Assembly (NCBI GenBank): GCA_021799535.1
Contig: JAJZAH010000003.1
Span: forward strand, 58,067 to 122,066
Direction: 5' to 3'
DNA length: 64,000 nt
From: Nanobdellota archaeon
GTDB lineage: Archaea; Nanobdellota; Nanobdellia; Pacearchaeales; GW2011-AR1
Shown here: one piece after another, positions 18,897 to 28,795 of the stretch
How positions within the stretch are numbered: the first letter of the stretch is position 1
How the letters are laid out: every line of letters begins with the position of its first letter
Notes under the pieces: generated by a model
Told to the model about the DNA's origin: nothing
The model's database searches: none
Seen by the model: the letters and a program-made list of their open reading frames with translations, nothing else
Made by a program: the position numbers and the translations under genes

Positions 18897-19640
18897 ATGA
18901 CAATCATAGTAACGCAAGGGACAGTTGACCCAAACATAACGGCAAAGGTGGTTGTTTATCACGGAACTTTTCGCGCGACCAACTTTGGGCTTCCAATCAT
19001 AGCTCCCACGGTAGGAGCAGAGGTAATTTACTCATTTGCGATAATATTCTGCAGCCTCATGATATATTTCGGAACAAGAGAACTTTACGAACTTTCAACT
19101 TACAAGGGACTTAAATATTTCAGATGTGCATTCCTTTTTCTTGCAATTGCATATATTTTCAGATTACCAACAATAAGCCTAGCTCCCGGCCCTGAAATAA
19201 CCTCGCTCATATGGGTTTATATTTCACTTTTTGCATTCATGTATTTCAGTTCTATGGCAATTTTTTACTTAATAGAGGGCGTTCTTTGGAAAAATTTAAA
19301 AGAAAGCTCCAAAATAAGTTACCTGTTCCACGGCATTGCAATAATCATTTCACTTGCTACAATCATTTTTAACAATCCCTTTTTTTATCTGGGACTTAAC
19401 GTTATCCTTTTCATCTCTGCAGGCATTGCTATATATCTGGCATCGCACAATCATAAGCTCAAATCTAAGAAGAACTATTTTCACAGACTTTACATACTTC
19501 TTTTAGTTTTCCTTGTGCTTAATATATTCAGCGCTCTCGTTCCGATATTTATGGATACACTCAAATTATTCTTATACTTAGTATCGCTCAGTGTATTTTT
19601 TGTAATTTTATACAGAGTTCTTAAAAAATCAGGTGATTAA
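18897..19640 (+). CDS. 7-TM membrane protein, putative sensor
   Basis: About seven hydrophobic helices. Directly abuts a wHTH gene. Confidence 0.7.
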   Translation: MTIIVTQGTVDPNITAKVVVYHGTFRATNFGLPIIAPTVGAEVIYSFAIIFCSLMIYFGTRELYELSTYKGLKYFRCAFLFLAIAYIFRLPTISLAPGPEITSLIWVYISLFAFMYFSSMAIFYLIEGVLWKNLKESSKISYLFHGIAIIISLATIIFNNPFFYLGLNVILFISAGIAIYLASHNHKLKSKKNYFHRLYILLLVFLVLNIFSALVPIFMDTLKLFLYLVSLSVFFVILYRVLKKSGD

Positions 19641-19913
19641 ATGGCAAAGAGAGGAAGGCTTGAGATTATGGAGAACACACTTAAGATAATAAAAGAGAAT
19701 AGAAATTTCATACGACCCACAGTCTTACTAAGAAAATCAAAGATGTCCTCAATAAACTTCAAAGATTATTATAATGATTTAATAAAAAATGGTTTCATAA
19801 AAGAGGTATTTGACGACAATGACAAAAAACACGTGTCGCTCACTGAAAAAGGTACGAAGTTTCTTGAGAGGTATAAAGTAATCATAGAGTTTATAGATGA
19901 ATTTGAACTTTAA
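19641..19913 (+). CDS. small winged-helix transcriptional regulator (archaeal HTH_45-like)
   Basis: KRGRLEIMENTL...LIKNGFI...LTEKG motif. Confidence 0.8.
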   Translation: MAKRGRLEIMENTLKIIKENRNFIRPTVLLRKSKMSSINFKDYYNDLIKNGFIKEVFDDNDKKHVSLTEKGTKFLERYKVIIEFIDEFEL

Positions 19914-20467
19914 TTTTTCTTCTTTAAATTGCAGAAATACATATTTTTCGAAATTTTGATTATCGCAAATACAAGTATGAATATTGAAATGAGTGTGAAT
20001 TCAAAGCCATGATAAGGAAATATTGAAAGAAATCCTGCGCTTATCCCTAAGATAGAAACAAGTCCAACACCACAAGCTGCACATCCCGTAGCAAAAATCC
20101 CCGCAAAAGCTCCAAAAACCCCAGAGCCCATAATCCCAAAAAGACCGGATTTCTTCTCCGACGAGTCTTTGAAAAAATTCACCTTATAAAAAACCAGACT
20201 AAATAAAAATCCGAAAAGAAGGCTTATAACAATTACCCCGATGAAAGAATAGAGTTTCAAGATTATGGGCTTACTGAAAAGCATAAACAAAAAATCCAAA
20301 GCCCCTCCAAAAAATGTGGCACCCTGACCCTGGAGAGGGATAAAGTCCCAGTTAAGGATGAATATATTAAATGCGTAGAAGATAAATGATATAAAAAAAG
20401 CGATCAGAATATACTTCGGGCTCTTGTAAATATTGGCCCAGACTTTATACACTTCTTTTAAACCCAT
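19910..20467 (-). CDS. membrane protein with CxxC
   Basis: Multi-TM protein with a TGCAACG motif. Confidence 0.7.
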   Translation of the reverse strand: MGLKEVYKVWANIYKSPKYILIAFFISFIFYAFNIFILNWDFIPLQGQGATFFGGALDFLFMLFSKPIILKLYSFIGVIVISLLFGFLFSLVFYKVNFFKDSSEKKSGLFGIMGSGVFGAFAGIFATGCAACGVGLVSILGISAGFLSIFPYHGFEFTLISIFILVFAIIKISKNMYFCNLKKKN

Positions 20468-20543
20468 GCAAAAACAATGCGCGCCGGACTTAAAAAGAAT
20501 GTGGAGAAGAGAAATTAAAAAAATAAAAATAAAAATTCTCTAT

Positions 20544-21293
20544 TTAGTTAAGCTTGTATATAGCAGTCACTGAGGCTGTTACGTCCTGCTCTGTTGGCTG
20601 AATGCTTTTTACAGCACTCATCACTTCTGAAGAAGCAACTGTGCCTGCAGAGTACGCAACCCAAGGCATATAGTTATAGCTGTCAACTGAGACAGAGACA
20701 AGGTCCCCGACATTTTTCCCGAATCCTTTGGCAAGAGCCTCCGCTTTTGTTTCTGCATCCTGAGATGCCAATTCTATTGCCTGCGCTTTATATTGGTTTT
20801 GCAAACCTTGGCTTAGCTCAAAATCAACCGAACTCACTCCTGCTCCGGCATTTATCCCGTTATCAACAACAGAAGAAAGCCTGTTTGTCTCATTAGCAGG
20901 GAATTCAACCTTGACCATGTGAGTCGCAGTGAACCCTTCTGTTTTACTTCTTCCGCTCGAAGAGTCGTAAATTGTGTTTGGATAAACATTGAAGCTCTGT
21001 GTGCCTATCTGAGACTCATTGAAACCGTCTGAGATTAGGGCTGCGTAGAGCCTGTTGTATATCACAGTGTTTGCATCGTTAGCCTCAGCCGTCGTTGTTC
21101 CGTTAGTCTGAACATTAAAATAGACTGAGACCCTATCAGGAAGAACCCTCACAGTCGAAGTTCCCTGCACATTCATTGTGTTTTCATTTGATGGACCTTG
21201 ATTCCCCAAAATGAGCAAAGCAGCCAAAGCTATCACAAGTATGACCCCTGCAATGATAGAAGTCACAACAATAGGCGTATTTTCTTTTTTCAT
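20544..21293 (-). CDS. SIMPL (DUF541) domain protein
   Basis: VQGTSTVRVLPD and AETKAEALA motifs; N-terminal TM. Confidence 0.88.
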   Translation of the reverse strand: MKKENTPIVVTSIIAGVILVIALAALLILGNQGPSNENTMNVQGTSTVRVLPDRVSVYFNVQTNGTTTAEANDANTVIYNRLYAALISDGFNESQIGTQSFNVYPNTIYDSSSGRSKTEGFTATHMVKVEFPANETNRLSSVVDNGINAGAGVSSVDFELSQGLQNQYKAQAIELASQDAETKAEALAKGFGKNVGDLVSVSVDSYNYMPWVAYSAGTVASSEVMSAVKSIQPTEQDVTASVTAIYKLN

Positions 21294-21316
21294 TTTGGCC
21301 CCTCCTTTTTATTTTT

Positions 21317-21898
21317 CTATAATCTTCTCCAGTTTAATATCGAAGAAATCCCCAAGACTAAAAGCCCACCCACAAGGAACCAAAGCCACAAAGGACTTGA
21401 TTGCACAATTCCGACCGATCCACCGGCTGCTTTCGGCGCTGCGGTAAGGGCAAAATTCGTTGCCACTCCAGGTGTTCCTTGAATATAATTTTGGGTCTCA
21501 TTGGCACTCAGTCTCTGATAGACCCAAAGCGCAAAAGTCCCGGCTGCCAGAGTAATAACTGCCGGGAAGAGGGATTTCACCTTATCTTTTGCCATGTTCT
21601 GAGGGGATATTATTATGGACTTATTTGTCAGCTCATACATAACTATTTTTTTGCCTTTTTTGCTCCAAAAGAAATTTTTCCTCTTTTGCACAAACCCACT
21701 ATAAAGAAGTTTCTTCATATTATATTCTATAGTGTTCATGGCTATTCCGAGTGAATCCGATAGATCTTTCTCACTTGCCTCCTTATTCTCTGCAAGGTGC
21801 TCGATAATTTTTTTGCAAGTTCTATTCCCAAGAACATCAGAAAGGCTCTTTAGTCTTTCATCATCCATCGAGACAAGTACAAATTTCTCGTCTGCCAT
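21317..21898 (-). CDS. ArsR-like wHTH regulator with C-terminal TM helices
   Basis: LSDVLGNRTCKKII...SEKDLS...NTIEYNMKKL...WSKKGKK followed by two TM. Upstream palindrome TTCAA-N6-TTGAA at 21940..21955. Confidence 0.8.
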   Translation of the reverse strand: MADEKFVLVSMDDERLKSLSDVLGNRTCKKIIEHLAENKEASEKDLSDSLGIAMNTIEYNMKKLLYSGFVQKRKNFFWSKKGKKIVMYELTNKSIIISPQNMAKDKVKSLFPAVITLAAGTFALWVYQRLSANETQNYIQGTPGVATNFALTAAPKAAGGSVGIVQSSPLWLWFLVGGLLVLGISSILNWRRL

Positions 21899-22254
21899 AA
21901 CAGAGATAAGTTTTTGAAATTTATAAATAATTTGAAGAATTCAAACGGAATTGAAGTGATAAATCCTGATTTCGATTATTAAAGGAGAGGGAGTCGCCGC
22001 GCCCCGAAGAGAAGCATCTAACTACTAAGAAATATTCATCATCCTCTTTTTATACAGAATCATATTCTCCCTTAAAATACCCCCAGCGGTTTACCAGATT
22101 CATCAACCCATTCTTTCAGTTTTAACTCAGCATGCAGTAATTCTGAAACAGCCACATTTTGAGGGTTGCCCCAATCCATTTTGGACTCACCTCTTACAAG
22201 GCGATCTTTGTCAAGTGGAAACGACGCCTCAATAAATCTATCTTCAATTCTTAT

Positions 22255-23406
22255 TTATAATTTATCTTTCTCCGGCTTTTCAATTGTTAAGGTTATTTCT
22301 TTTCCAGTAAGCATATTCTTCAGTTTTATCTTATTTGTTTCCACTTCTTCCTTTCCGACAAAAATCACTTTCTTTATCCCATAAGAGTTCGCGTACTCGA
22401 GAGCTTTTGAGGGCTTCCCAAAATAAACACTTGCATTCTTTCCAAGTTTTCTCAGATCCATAGAAAGCTTTATCGCTTTTTTGTCTTCATTCAGCGAGAC
22501 CACTAAAATCTTGTCTATATCTATTATTGTATTTGACACTGCCATCATCCTCTCTATCGAAAATGAAATTCCAGCAGATTCAACTTCTCCAACAAGATAA
22601 GATCCTCCGCCGCAAATGGTCTCCTTTATGTCGGATTTAATCTCATAAACATTCCCTGTATAATAAGATAGTCCCCTTGCAAGAGTGGGCGAGAAAACAA
22701 CCCTCACCCCATAAAGTGAGGCGTATTTTTTTAGCTCATCTATTTCGGAGTATGAAGGATACTTCTTGAAAAATTCCTCAGGGTTCTTTACTATACAAAT
22801 AAGCTTTTCAGCCTTTATTTTTTTCAGATTTTCAAAAACTTCTTTTTCAGGAAGTTTGTCAAGCTTATCCAATTCCCTCATTGCTTCCTCTTTATTTTTT
22901 ATCCCGTTCTCTTCCATTATTTCATTTAAGAGTTTTCTATTATTCACAAAAATCGTATAGTTTATCTTGAGCGCGTTCATTATTTCGGCGAACGCAGCAA
23001 GCAATTCTGCCTGATCCTTCACTGTCGCACCAATAGTGTCTATATCACACTGGGTGAACTGTCTGAGCCTGTTTCCTGTCACCGGTTCATCCCTGAATAC
23101 GGGACCTATCTGGAACCTCTTAAAAGGGAGCTTTTGATTTTTCGCGACCCTCTTTAGCTGGAAGGTGAATTCATATCTTAATGCAAGATCCCTTTTCCCT
23201 TTATCCTTAAGTTTAAAGATATCTGAAACGGCTTCATCCTTCTTGTTGTCCCCTTTTACAAATTCCTCATATTCTATTATAGGGGTCTCTGCCTCCTGGA
23301 AGTTATATTTTTCAAAAGTCTGCCTTGCTACTTCACGTATAAACGCCGCCTTCTCTGCATCCTTTCCGATTTTATCTTTGAATCCTTTTACAGGTTCTGT
23401 CGTCAT
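22255..23406 (-). CDS. hisS: histidyl-tRNA synthetase
   Basis: PVKGFKD, LALRYEFT, FRDEP..NRLRQFTQCDID, ARGLSYYTG and ICGGGSY motifs. Confidence 0.93.
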   Translation of the reverse strand: MTTEPVKGFKDKIGKDAEKAAFIREVARQTFEKYNFQEAETPIIEYEEFVKGDNKKDEAVSDIFKLKDKGKRDLALRYEFTFQLKRVAKNQKLPFKRFQIGPVFRDEPVTGNRLRQFTQCDIDTIGATVKDQAELLAAFAEIMNALKINYTIFVNNRKLLNEIMEENGIKNKEEAMRELDKLDKLPEKEVFENLKKIKAEKLICIVKNPEEFFKKYPSYSEIDELKKYASLYGVRVVFSPTLARGLSYYTGNVYEIKSDIKETICGGGSYLVGEVESAGISFSIERMMAVSNTIIDIDKILVVSLNEDKKAIKLSMDLRKLGKNASVYFGKPSKALEYANSYGIKKVIFVGKEEVETNKIKLKNMLTGKEITLTIEKPEKDKL

Positions 23407-23834
23407 TTCTTGCCCCCCAGCTGTTTGCTTAACCATTCAACCCTCTCCATTATCCTCCTTAAGATATTTTCTATATCCCTCTCATTGCCTCCGTAATCAT
23501 CTTTTATTTTCCATACGATTACATCATTCCTAAACTTTCCGTAATTAAATATCTTTTTCGGGCTTGGAAGATCGTTTGTAATCAAAACTAGAAGGTCATT
23601 CCAATTGAGAAGATCCGTTGTAACTGGCTTCGGTCTGCCTTTAATCTCAACACCGAGCTTCCTCGCAACCTTGACCTCAGTCTTATCGAGAGGATATTCG
23701 CCTGGAAAGATTCCCGCGCTTTTCACAAGAATATTTTTATTCCTGTTAATCTTTTTAAAGTAAGCTTCCGCAAACTTGCTCCTGAACCGGTTGTGCCTGC
23801 ATACGAAAAGAATGTTGAATTTTTTGGTTTTCAT
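23403..23834 (-). CDS. low-molecular-weight protein-tyrosine phosphatase / arsenate reductase family
   Basis: ILFVCRHNRFRS P-loop (CX5R) and SAG motif. Confidence 0.8.
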   Translation of the reverse strand: MKTKKFNILFVCRHNRFRSKFAEAYFKKINRNKNILVKSAGIFPGEYPLDKTEVKVARKLGVEIKGRPKPVTTDLLNWNDLLVLITNDLPSPKKIFNYGKFRNDVIVWKIKDDYGGNERDIENILRRIMERVEWLSKQLGGKK

Positions 23835-23923
23835 TTTACCACTCCTATTTTGTTCTTGGTATAAGCGGGAAGAGCTTGCCCTTTTTTGGAACTGTCGGAC
23901 CTTCCGCCAGCGTTTCTTTCATA

Positions 23924-24049
23924 AGCGGGAGGAGGGAATCGAACCCTCGTTTTACGGATTTCGCGAGCCCGCTCGGAATTGCAAAGAGATTGCCCTTCGT
24001 AAACGTCGCTCACCACAACCGCACGTTCTGCCACTGAACTACAGCCGCC
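23924..24049 (-). tRNA. tRNA-His(GTG) with 54-nt intron (23959..24012) and encoded G-1
   Basis: D-arm GTTCAGTGGCAGAAC; anticodon arm TGCGG-TTGTGG/T-CCGTA; BHB helix UUGU:GCGA; T-arm GAGGG-TTCGATT-CCCTC. The acceptor stem has two mismatches. Confidence 0.88.
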
Positions 24050-24224
24050 ATCACAATTTAATCCACGAAAAAATGCTTTATAATATTTTTTAAAAGAGAT
24101 AAAGTTGGCACTAGAGTAATCCGTTCTAGTGATGGGGACAACTCCGCGTATTTACCATACTTTTCACCAGATTGAGAACTTTTTAAGGCTTTTGCTAACA
24201 AAAGATCCACAAGGTTTAAATACT

Positions 24225-24248
24225 ATATCGGATATCAGATATCGGATA
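24225..24248 (+). promoter_or_regulatory. ATATCRG heptamer tandem containing GATATC-A-GATATC, putative PadR operator
   Basis: ATATCGG-ATATCAG-ATATCGG-ATA lies between TATA (24215) and the padR ATG. Confidence 0.6.
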
Positions 24249-24258
24249 AACGATAAAG

Positions 24259-24693
24259 ATGGAAAAAGACAGCATAAAAGACTGGAGCAGCTCGGCAAGA
24301 TCTCATTGGAGGACGTCTTTTGGCAAAAAAGGGTGGCTAAGACCAATGGTTTTAGGAATCATCGAAAGAGAACCGATGAATGGTGTAGAACTCATAAATC
24401 GGATAAGTGAGATGAGCCATGGGTGGTGGAAACCTTCACCAGGATCGCTTTATCCTTTGCTCCAAGCGCTTTGCGAAGAGAAAATCCTTAAGAAAAGGGG
24501 TAATGGAAAATACGAGCTGACTGATAAATACAAAAAAGAGTTTGGGTCTAACGATGAGACTGAGAATATTCTCATAAATATTGAAAGTGAAATAACTTAC
24601 CTTGAAGAGCTTTCACAGAGCGATAAAAAAGGATTCGAAAGATACAAGAAAAAGATATCTGAACTTAAAGAGAAACTTTCTGGACTGAAATAA
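24259..24693 (+). CDS. PadR-family transcriptional regulator
   Basis: KGWLRPMVL...PMNGVEL...WKPSPGSLYPLL motif. Confidence 0.9.
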   Translation: MEKDSIKDWSSSARSHWRTSFGKKGWLRPMVLGIIEREPMNGVELINRISEMSHGWWKPSPGSLYPLLQALCEEKILKKRGNGKYELTDKYKKEFGSNDETENILINIESEITYLEELSQSDKKGFERYKKKISELKEKLSGLK

Positions 24694-24694
24694 A

Positions 24695-25507
24695 ATGACA
24701 CTTGAAAAAGAGAGAAATATAATAAAAGTAAAGAAACTCGTGAAAAAGTTCGGAGATTTCACGGCAGTCGACGGGGTATCTTTTGAAGTCAAAAAAGGGG
24801 AGATGTTCGCATTTCTTGGCCCAAACGGCGCAGGCAAGTCTACGACGATAAAGATGCTCACAACACTTCTTAACCCAACTTCCGGAGAGATAAGCATCGA
24901 TGGGGTCAATCCCAGAAAGAACAAAAATAAAGCAAGGAAGACTTTTGGGATAGTCTTCCAGGATCCAAGCCTTGACGATGATCTGACTGCTTATGAAAAT
25001 CTTGAATTTCACGCGGTTTTTTATGGGGTTCCTGAAAAAGAGAGAAAAGATAGGATTGAAAAGATGCTTAAATTTGTTGAATTGTGGGAAAGAAAAGATT
25101 CCCTCGTCAAAACTTTTTCTGGTGGGATGAAAAGAAGATTAGAAATCGCAAGAGGCCTCATACACCACCCAAAGATATTATTTCTTGATGAACCTACTGT
25201 CGGACTTGATCCTCAGACAAGGAATCACTTGTGGAAGTTCATAAAAGAGATGAATCGGGAAGAGAAGATGACGGTATTCCTGACAACGCATTATATGGAA
25301 GAGGCAGAGGATGTCGCTGATAGAATCGCCATAATGGACCACGGAAAAATAATAGAAAGAGGAACAGCTGGGGAAATCAAAAAGAAAACAAAGTCAAAAA
25401 ATCTGGAAGACGCCTTTTTGAAACTGACGGGACATGCTATAAGAGATGAGAGTGCCTCAAGTCTTGATCATTTAAGGAGCCGTGCGAGAGCGTGGGGGAG
25501 AAGATGA
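24695..25507 (+). CDS. DrrA-type ABC transporter ATP-binding protein
   Basis: GPNGAGKST, FSGGMKRR, LDEPTVGLD and TTHYMEEA motifs. Confidence 0.93.
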   Translation: MTLEKERNIIKVKKLVKKFGDFTAVDGVSFEVKKGEMFAFLGPNGAGKSTTIKMLTTLLNPTSGEISIDGVNPRKNKNKARKTFGIVFQDPSLDDDLTAYENLEFHAVFYGVPEKERKDRIEKMLKFVELWERKDSLVKTFSGGMKRRLEIARGLIHHPKILFLDEPTVGLDPQTRNHLWKFIKEMNREEKMTVFLTTHYMEEAEDVADRIAIMDHGKIIERGTAGEIKKKTKSKNLEDAFLKLTGHAIRDESASSLDHLRSRARAWGRR

Positions 25508-26250
25508 ACAGTCCTGTTTATACAATGTGGCTCAGGCAGGTTAAGAAATACCTGCGTTCAAAGTCAAGAATCATAGGATCCCTCGGTCAACCAATACTTT
25601 TTTTGGTGGCATTGGGATTCGGACTTGGTACACTTTATAAGTTAGCAAACGGCGGAAACTTCATGGACTTTCTTGCTCCTGGAATAATAGCAATGAGCAT
25701 ACTTTTCACTTCCATGTTCACCGGAATTGAGGTCATATGGGACAGGCAATTCGGATTTTTAAAAGAGACATTAGTCGCGCCAGTAACCAGATTCAAAATA
25801 ATGTTCGGAAGGACTTTGGGAGGCGCGACAACAGGAATTTTCCAGGGGATACTTGTTTTAATAATCGCGACAATAATCGGATTCAGACCTGAACTTGCAT
25901 TGATACCCGTCGCTCTTGTATTTATGGTATTAATCGGACTTTTTTTTACATCACTAGGGACCGCAATAGCATCAAAACTCGAAGATATGCAAGGATTTAA
26001 TTTAATAATGAATTTCCTTGTGATGCCTTTGTTTTTCCTTTCAGGAGCGCTTTTCCCGCTCCAGGATGCGCCGGGGTTCCTTAAGGTAATTTCATACTTT
26101 GACCCCCTAACTTATGGTGTAGATGGTCTCAGGGCGACGCTTGCAGGAGCCAGCCAATTCGGGATAGGGATTGATCTAGCAGTCTGTACAGTACTCACGT
26201 TGATAGTGCTGTTCATAGGTGCTAAGATGTTTTCGGATGTACAGATTTAA
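25504..26250 (+). CDS. ABC-2 type permease (DrrB-like)
   Basis: WDRQFGFLKETLVAP, FLSGALFP and PLTYGVD motifs. Confidence 0.9.
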   Translation: MNSPVYTMWLRQVKKYLRSKSRIIGSLGQPILFLVALGFGLGTLYKLANGGNFMDFLAPGIIAMSILFTSMFTGIEVIWDRQFGFLKETLVAPVTRFKIMFGRTLGGATTGIFQGILVLIIATIIGFRPELALIPVALVFMVLIGLFFTSLGTAIASKLEDMQGFNLIMNFLVMPLFFLSGALFPLQDAPGFLKVISYFDPLTYGVDGLRATLAGASQFGIGIDLAVCTVLTLIVLFIGAKMFSDVQI

Positions 26251-27422
26251 GAGAACTTTTTCCTGGCTTTGGCCCCTTTTCGTACAAGTTCTTCCGCTTC
26301 CTCTTTGGAAAGATAGATTAAGTGGGACGTATCCCCATGAACAAAAGCATTTTCCTTATCTGCTATCATATCTAAAAGAGATGGTCCAACAGGAGGTATG
26401 TGACCATGTGATAAAAGTCCGGGATAATACGTGTTGAAAAACTCCTTTTCCAGTTCAGAATCAATATGACTTTTACCCGGATGCATGGTTAGAAGAAAAG
26501 AAAGGCCCGCAGTTACTATCCCGATTGCAGCTGCGCTAGATATCTTCTTAATTGGAGAGATAGGAACAGAGACGACATTATACTCCTTGGAGCCTTTTCC
26601 CGTATTAACGATGACAATATTAGAATCATCTTTTATTCCACGCTCTTTTATTAATCTCTTGTTCACAATATAAAAAGCAGTCGAGCTTGATGGTTCTGTC
26701 TTGACATCATAGTGTTTGGACTCTCTCACTGCTTTGCGTTCCTCAGCAGGGGTCAGTTCATGGACTATATGACCTGAATTGATAGCTTCAAAAATTTCCT
26801 TTTTGAAATCTCCATATACATAAGGGGTGACAAGCTTGTCTGCAATGCTTTTTGAGGGCATCTTCCTAAAGAACAAATTTCCATCTTCTTCGTAAAGGCT
26901 ATTTGTAAATACTCCGTTCGCGCCTTTTGGAACAAATCCTACAAGCTTTGTCGCCAAGCCTTTTTCTTTAATCTTTCTGTATATAGAAATGAAATTTTTA
27001 CCGGATCCTATAGGTACAGAAACATAATCGGGATTAGACTTAAGTATCTTCTCTGACTCCTCTCCGTAAGCTTTTGGAATAAAGTCAGTAACGTCAACAA
27101 CTTTTCCATAATTCATCCCTGATTGCTTACCAAACTTGGCAATATACTCTTCCCTTTCTCCTGCATCCCTTAGAATCCTACCATTTTCCATGGTAATTGC
27201 TCCTTGGGAACGCCTGCAAGATTCATTAATCAGATTAATTAAATTGAGTTTCCTGCCGGATCTTTTTATGGCGTCTTTTAATTCCATAAGAAGATTTCCG
27301 GAACTTATCACTGCGATAGTATCTGCATTTTTGCTTAAAGCATAGCTAATATATTCATCGATCCCTGCTCTTTTATGGGTTGTGCCAAAGCGTTTGTTAA
27401 AATCATAAATTTTGACATCCAT
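26247..27422 (-). CDS. PLP-dependent fold-type II enzyme (threonine/cysteine synthase-like) with C-terminal TM and tail
   Basis: THKR (candidate Schiff-base Lys), SSGN, VPIGSG, EPSS and VNTGKG motifs, then a hydrophobic helix. Confidence 0.65.
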   Translation of the reverse strand: MDVKIYDFNKRFGTTHKRAGIDEYISYALSKNADTIAVISSGNLLMELKDAIKRSGRKLNLINLINESCRRSQGAITMENGRILRDAGEREEYIAKFGKQSGMNYGKVVDVTDFIPKAYGEESEKILKSNPDYVSVPIGSGKNFISIYRKIKEKGLATKLVGFVPKGANGVFTNSLYEEDGNLFFRKMPSKSIADKLVTPYVYGDFKKEIFEAINSGHIVHELTPAEERKAVRESKHYDVKTEPSSSTAFYIVNKRLIKERGIKDDSNIVIVNTGKGSKEYNVVSVPISPIKKISSAAAIGIVTAGLSFLLTMHPGKSHIDSELEKEFFNTYYPGLLSHGHIPPVGPSLLDMIADKENAFVHGDTSHLIYLSKEEAEELVRKGAKARKKFS

Positions 27423-27479
27423 AAAATCAGACAGACAAAGCAGTTTATAAATCTTATTATTGTTGTCCTTGTTTAGTAA

Positions 27480-28049
27480 CTAATTAATTTTCACAAAATT
27501 CTCAATTACTTCATGATTATAAACCTCAGGATGGAATAAGACCCCATAAATCCCTTTCGACCTGTGCTTTATCGCTTGTATACCTTTGTTGGATTTGGCA
27601 TAAACTTCAAAATTTTTTCCGACCTTTCTAACTCCAAGTTGATGAAGAGAATAAACTTTGTGTTTCCCCTTACTTATACCCAAAAAATCTTTTTCGAAAT
27701 TCACGGAATTAGCGCCTATCTCTACTTTATCTTTTACTTTTTTACCGTCCCCTTCAATCTTCCCTCCGAATTCATGCACAATAATCTCCATACCAGCGCA
27801 TATCCCAAGAACGGGTTTTTCACAATCTTTCAGCCATGAAAATTTATCCATGTGATTGAAGTAATCGAAATCCATAAGAGATGTGCCGGATAATAGCACC
27901 TTGTCTGCCTTTTCTAGATCAGTTTTGGCTACTTCTATATAATTTTTCACAGAACATTTTTCCCCTAATGAAGAAACAACCTTCTCAATCGGTTTAACGA
28001 ACTCAAGGTCGTGGAGTTTCTCTTTGCAAAGTGAAATTATAAGAATCAT
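27480..28049 (-). CDS. class I glutamine amidotransferase, stand-alone
   Basis: PVLGICAG and FHPE catalytic motifs. Start at MILIISL. Confidence 0.85.
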   Translation of the reverse strand: MILIISLCKEKLHDLEFVKPIEKVVSSLGEKCSVKNYIEVAKTDLEKADKVLLSGTSLMDFDYFNHMDKFSWLKDCEKPVLGICAGMEIIVHEFGGKIEGDGKKVKDKVEIGANSVNFEKDFLGISKGKHKVYSLHQLGVRKVGKNFEVYAKSNKGIQAIKHRSKGIYGVLFHPEVYNHEVIENFVKIN

Positions 28050-28795
28050 TTTATCTCCAATCCAACAGGACAATGATCTGAACCCATCACCTTGTTCAGA
28101 ATGAAGGAACTCTTCACCTTTTTTATGAAATTTCTCGATACAAGGAAATAATCTATCCTCCAGCCAATGTTCTTTAAACGCATATTTCTCCAAGGCTGCC
28201 AGTAAGTGTACCGGCCAGGGGATCTGTCAAACTCGCGAAATGCGTCGACAAAGCCGTTGTCAAAGTATTTTTGGATCCCATCTATTTCATACTGCATATA
28301 ACCAGCTGTTTTATTGTAATTCAGCTTGGGGTTTGCCAGGTCTATATCTTTGTGTGCAACATTAAAATCACCACAAAGCACCACAGGTTTTTTCCTTTCA
28401 AGGGATTTGATGAACATTAAAAAGTTTTTGTCCCATTTTTTCCTTATGCTAAGCCTGGGCAAGCCTCTGCCTGAATTCGGGACGTAAACATTTACTAGAT
28501 AGAATAGCTCAAACTCTATTACAAGAACCCTCCCTTCATCATCTAAAAAGCCTGTTTTCCGGGCCATAGATAAAGGCTCCAACTTCGAGAAAATTGCCGT
28601 TCCAGAATAACCTTTTTTCCTCGCTGGATTCCAGTATTTGTAAGGGTAATCATCCATCCCTATATCAATCTGATCTGGACTTGCTCTCGCTTCCTGGATG
28701 CATATTATGTCTGGATTTTCAGATCTTATAAAATCAAGAAATCCTTTTTTCACAATTGCTCTTATACCATTGACATTCCATGAAATAATTCTCAT
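28046..28795 (-). CDS. xth: exodeoxyribonuclease III / AP endonuclease
   Basis: SWNVNG, GYSG, YVPN, GDFNVAH, GWRIDY and GSDHCP motifs. Confidence 0.95.
   Translation of the reverse strand: MRIISWNVNGIRAIVKKGFLDFIRSENPDIICIQEARASPDQIDIGMDDYPYKYWNPARKKGYSGTAIFSKLEPLSMARKTGFLDDEGRVLVIEFELFYLVNVYVPNSGRGLPRLSIRKKWDKNFLMFIKSLERKKPVVLCGDFNVAHKDIDLANPKLNYNKTAGYMQYEIDGIQKYFDNGFVDAFREFDRSPGRYTYWQPWRNMRLKNIGWRIDYFLVSRNFIKKVKSSFILNKVMGSDHCPVGLEIK

Noticed and set aside
21975-22254. Open frame downstream of hisS (…IEDRFIEASFPLDK…MDWGNPQN…GVF*)
   Set aside because: There is no start before a 35-aa tail and no recognisable motif. It may be a gene remnant but cannot be supported.
23831-24034. 67-aa ORF on the minus strand
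   Set aside because: It overlaps tRNA-His and its intron, so it is a shadow ORF.
10748-24222. Recurring TCCA-N5-TATA at several promoters (10748, 14541, 18844, 24206) as a shared regulon motif
   Set aside because: It sits at the BRE position, and similar strings precede unrelated promoters. Only the full palindrome at 18844 was kept.
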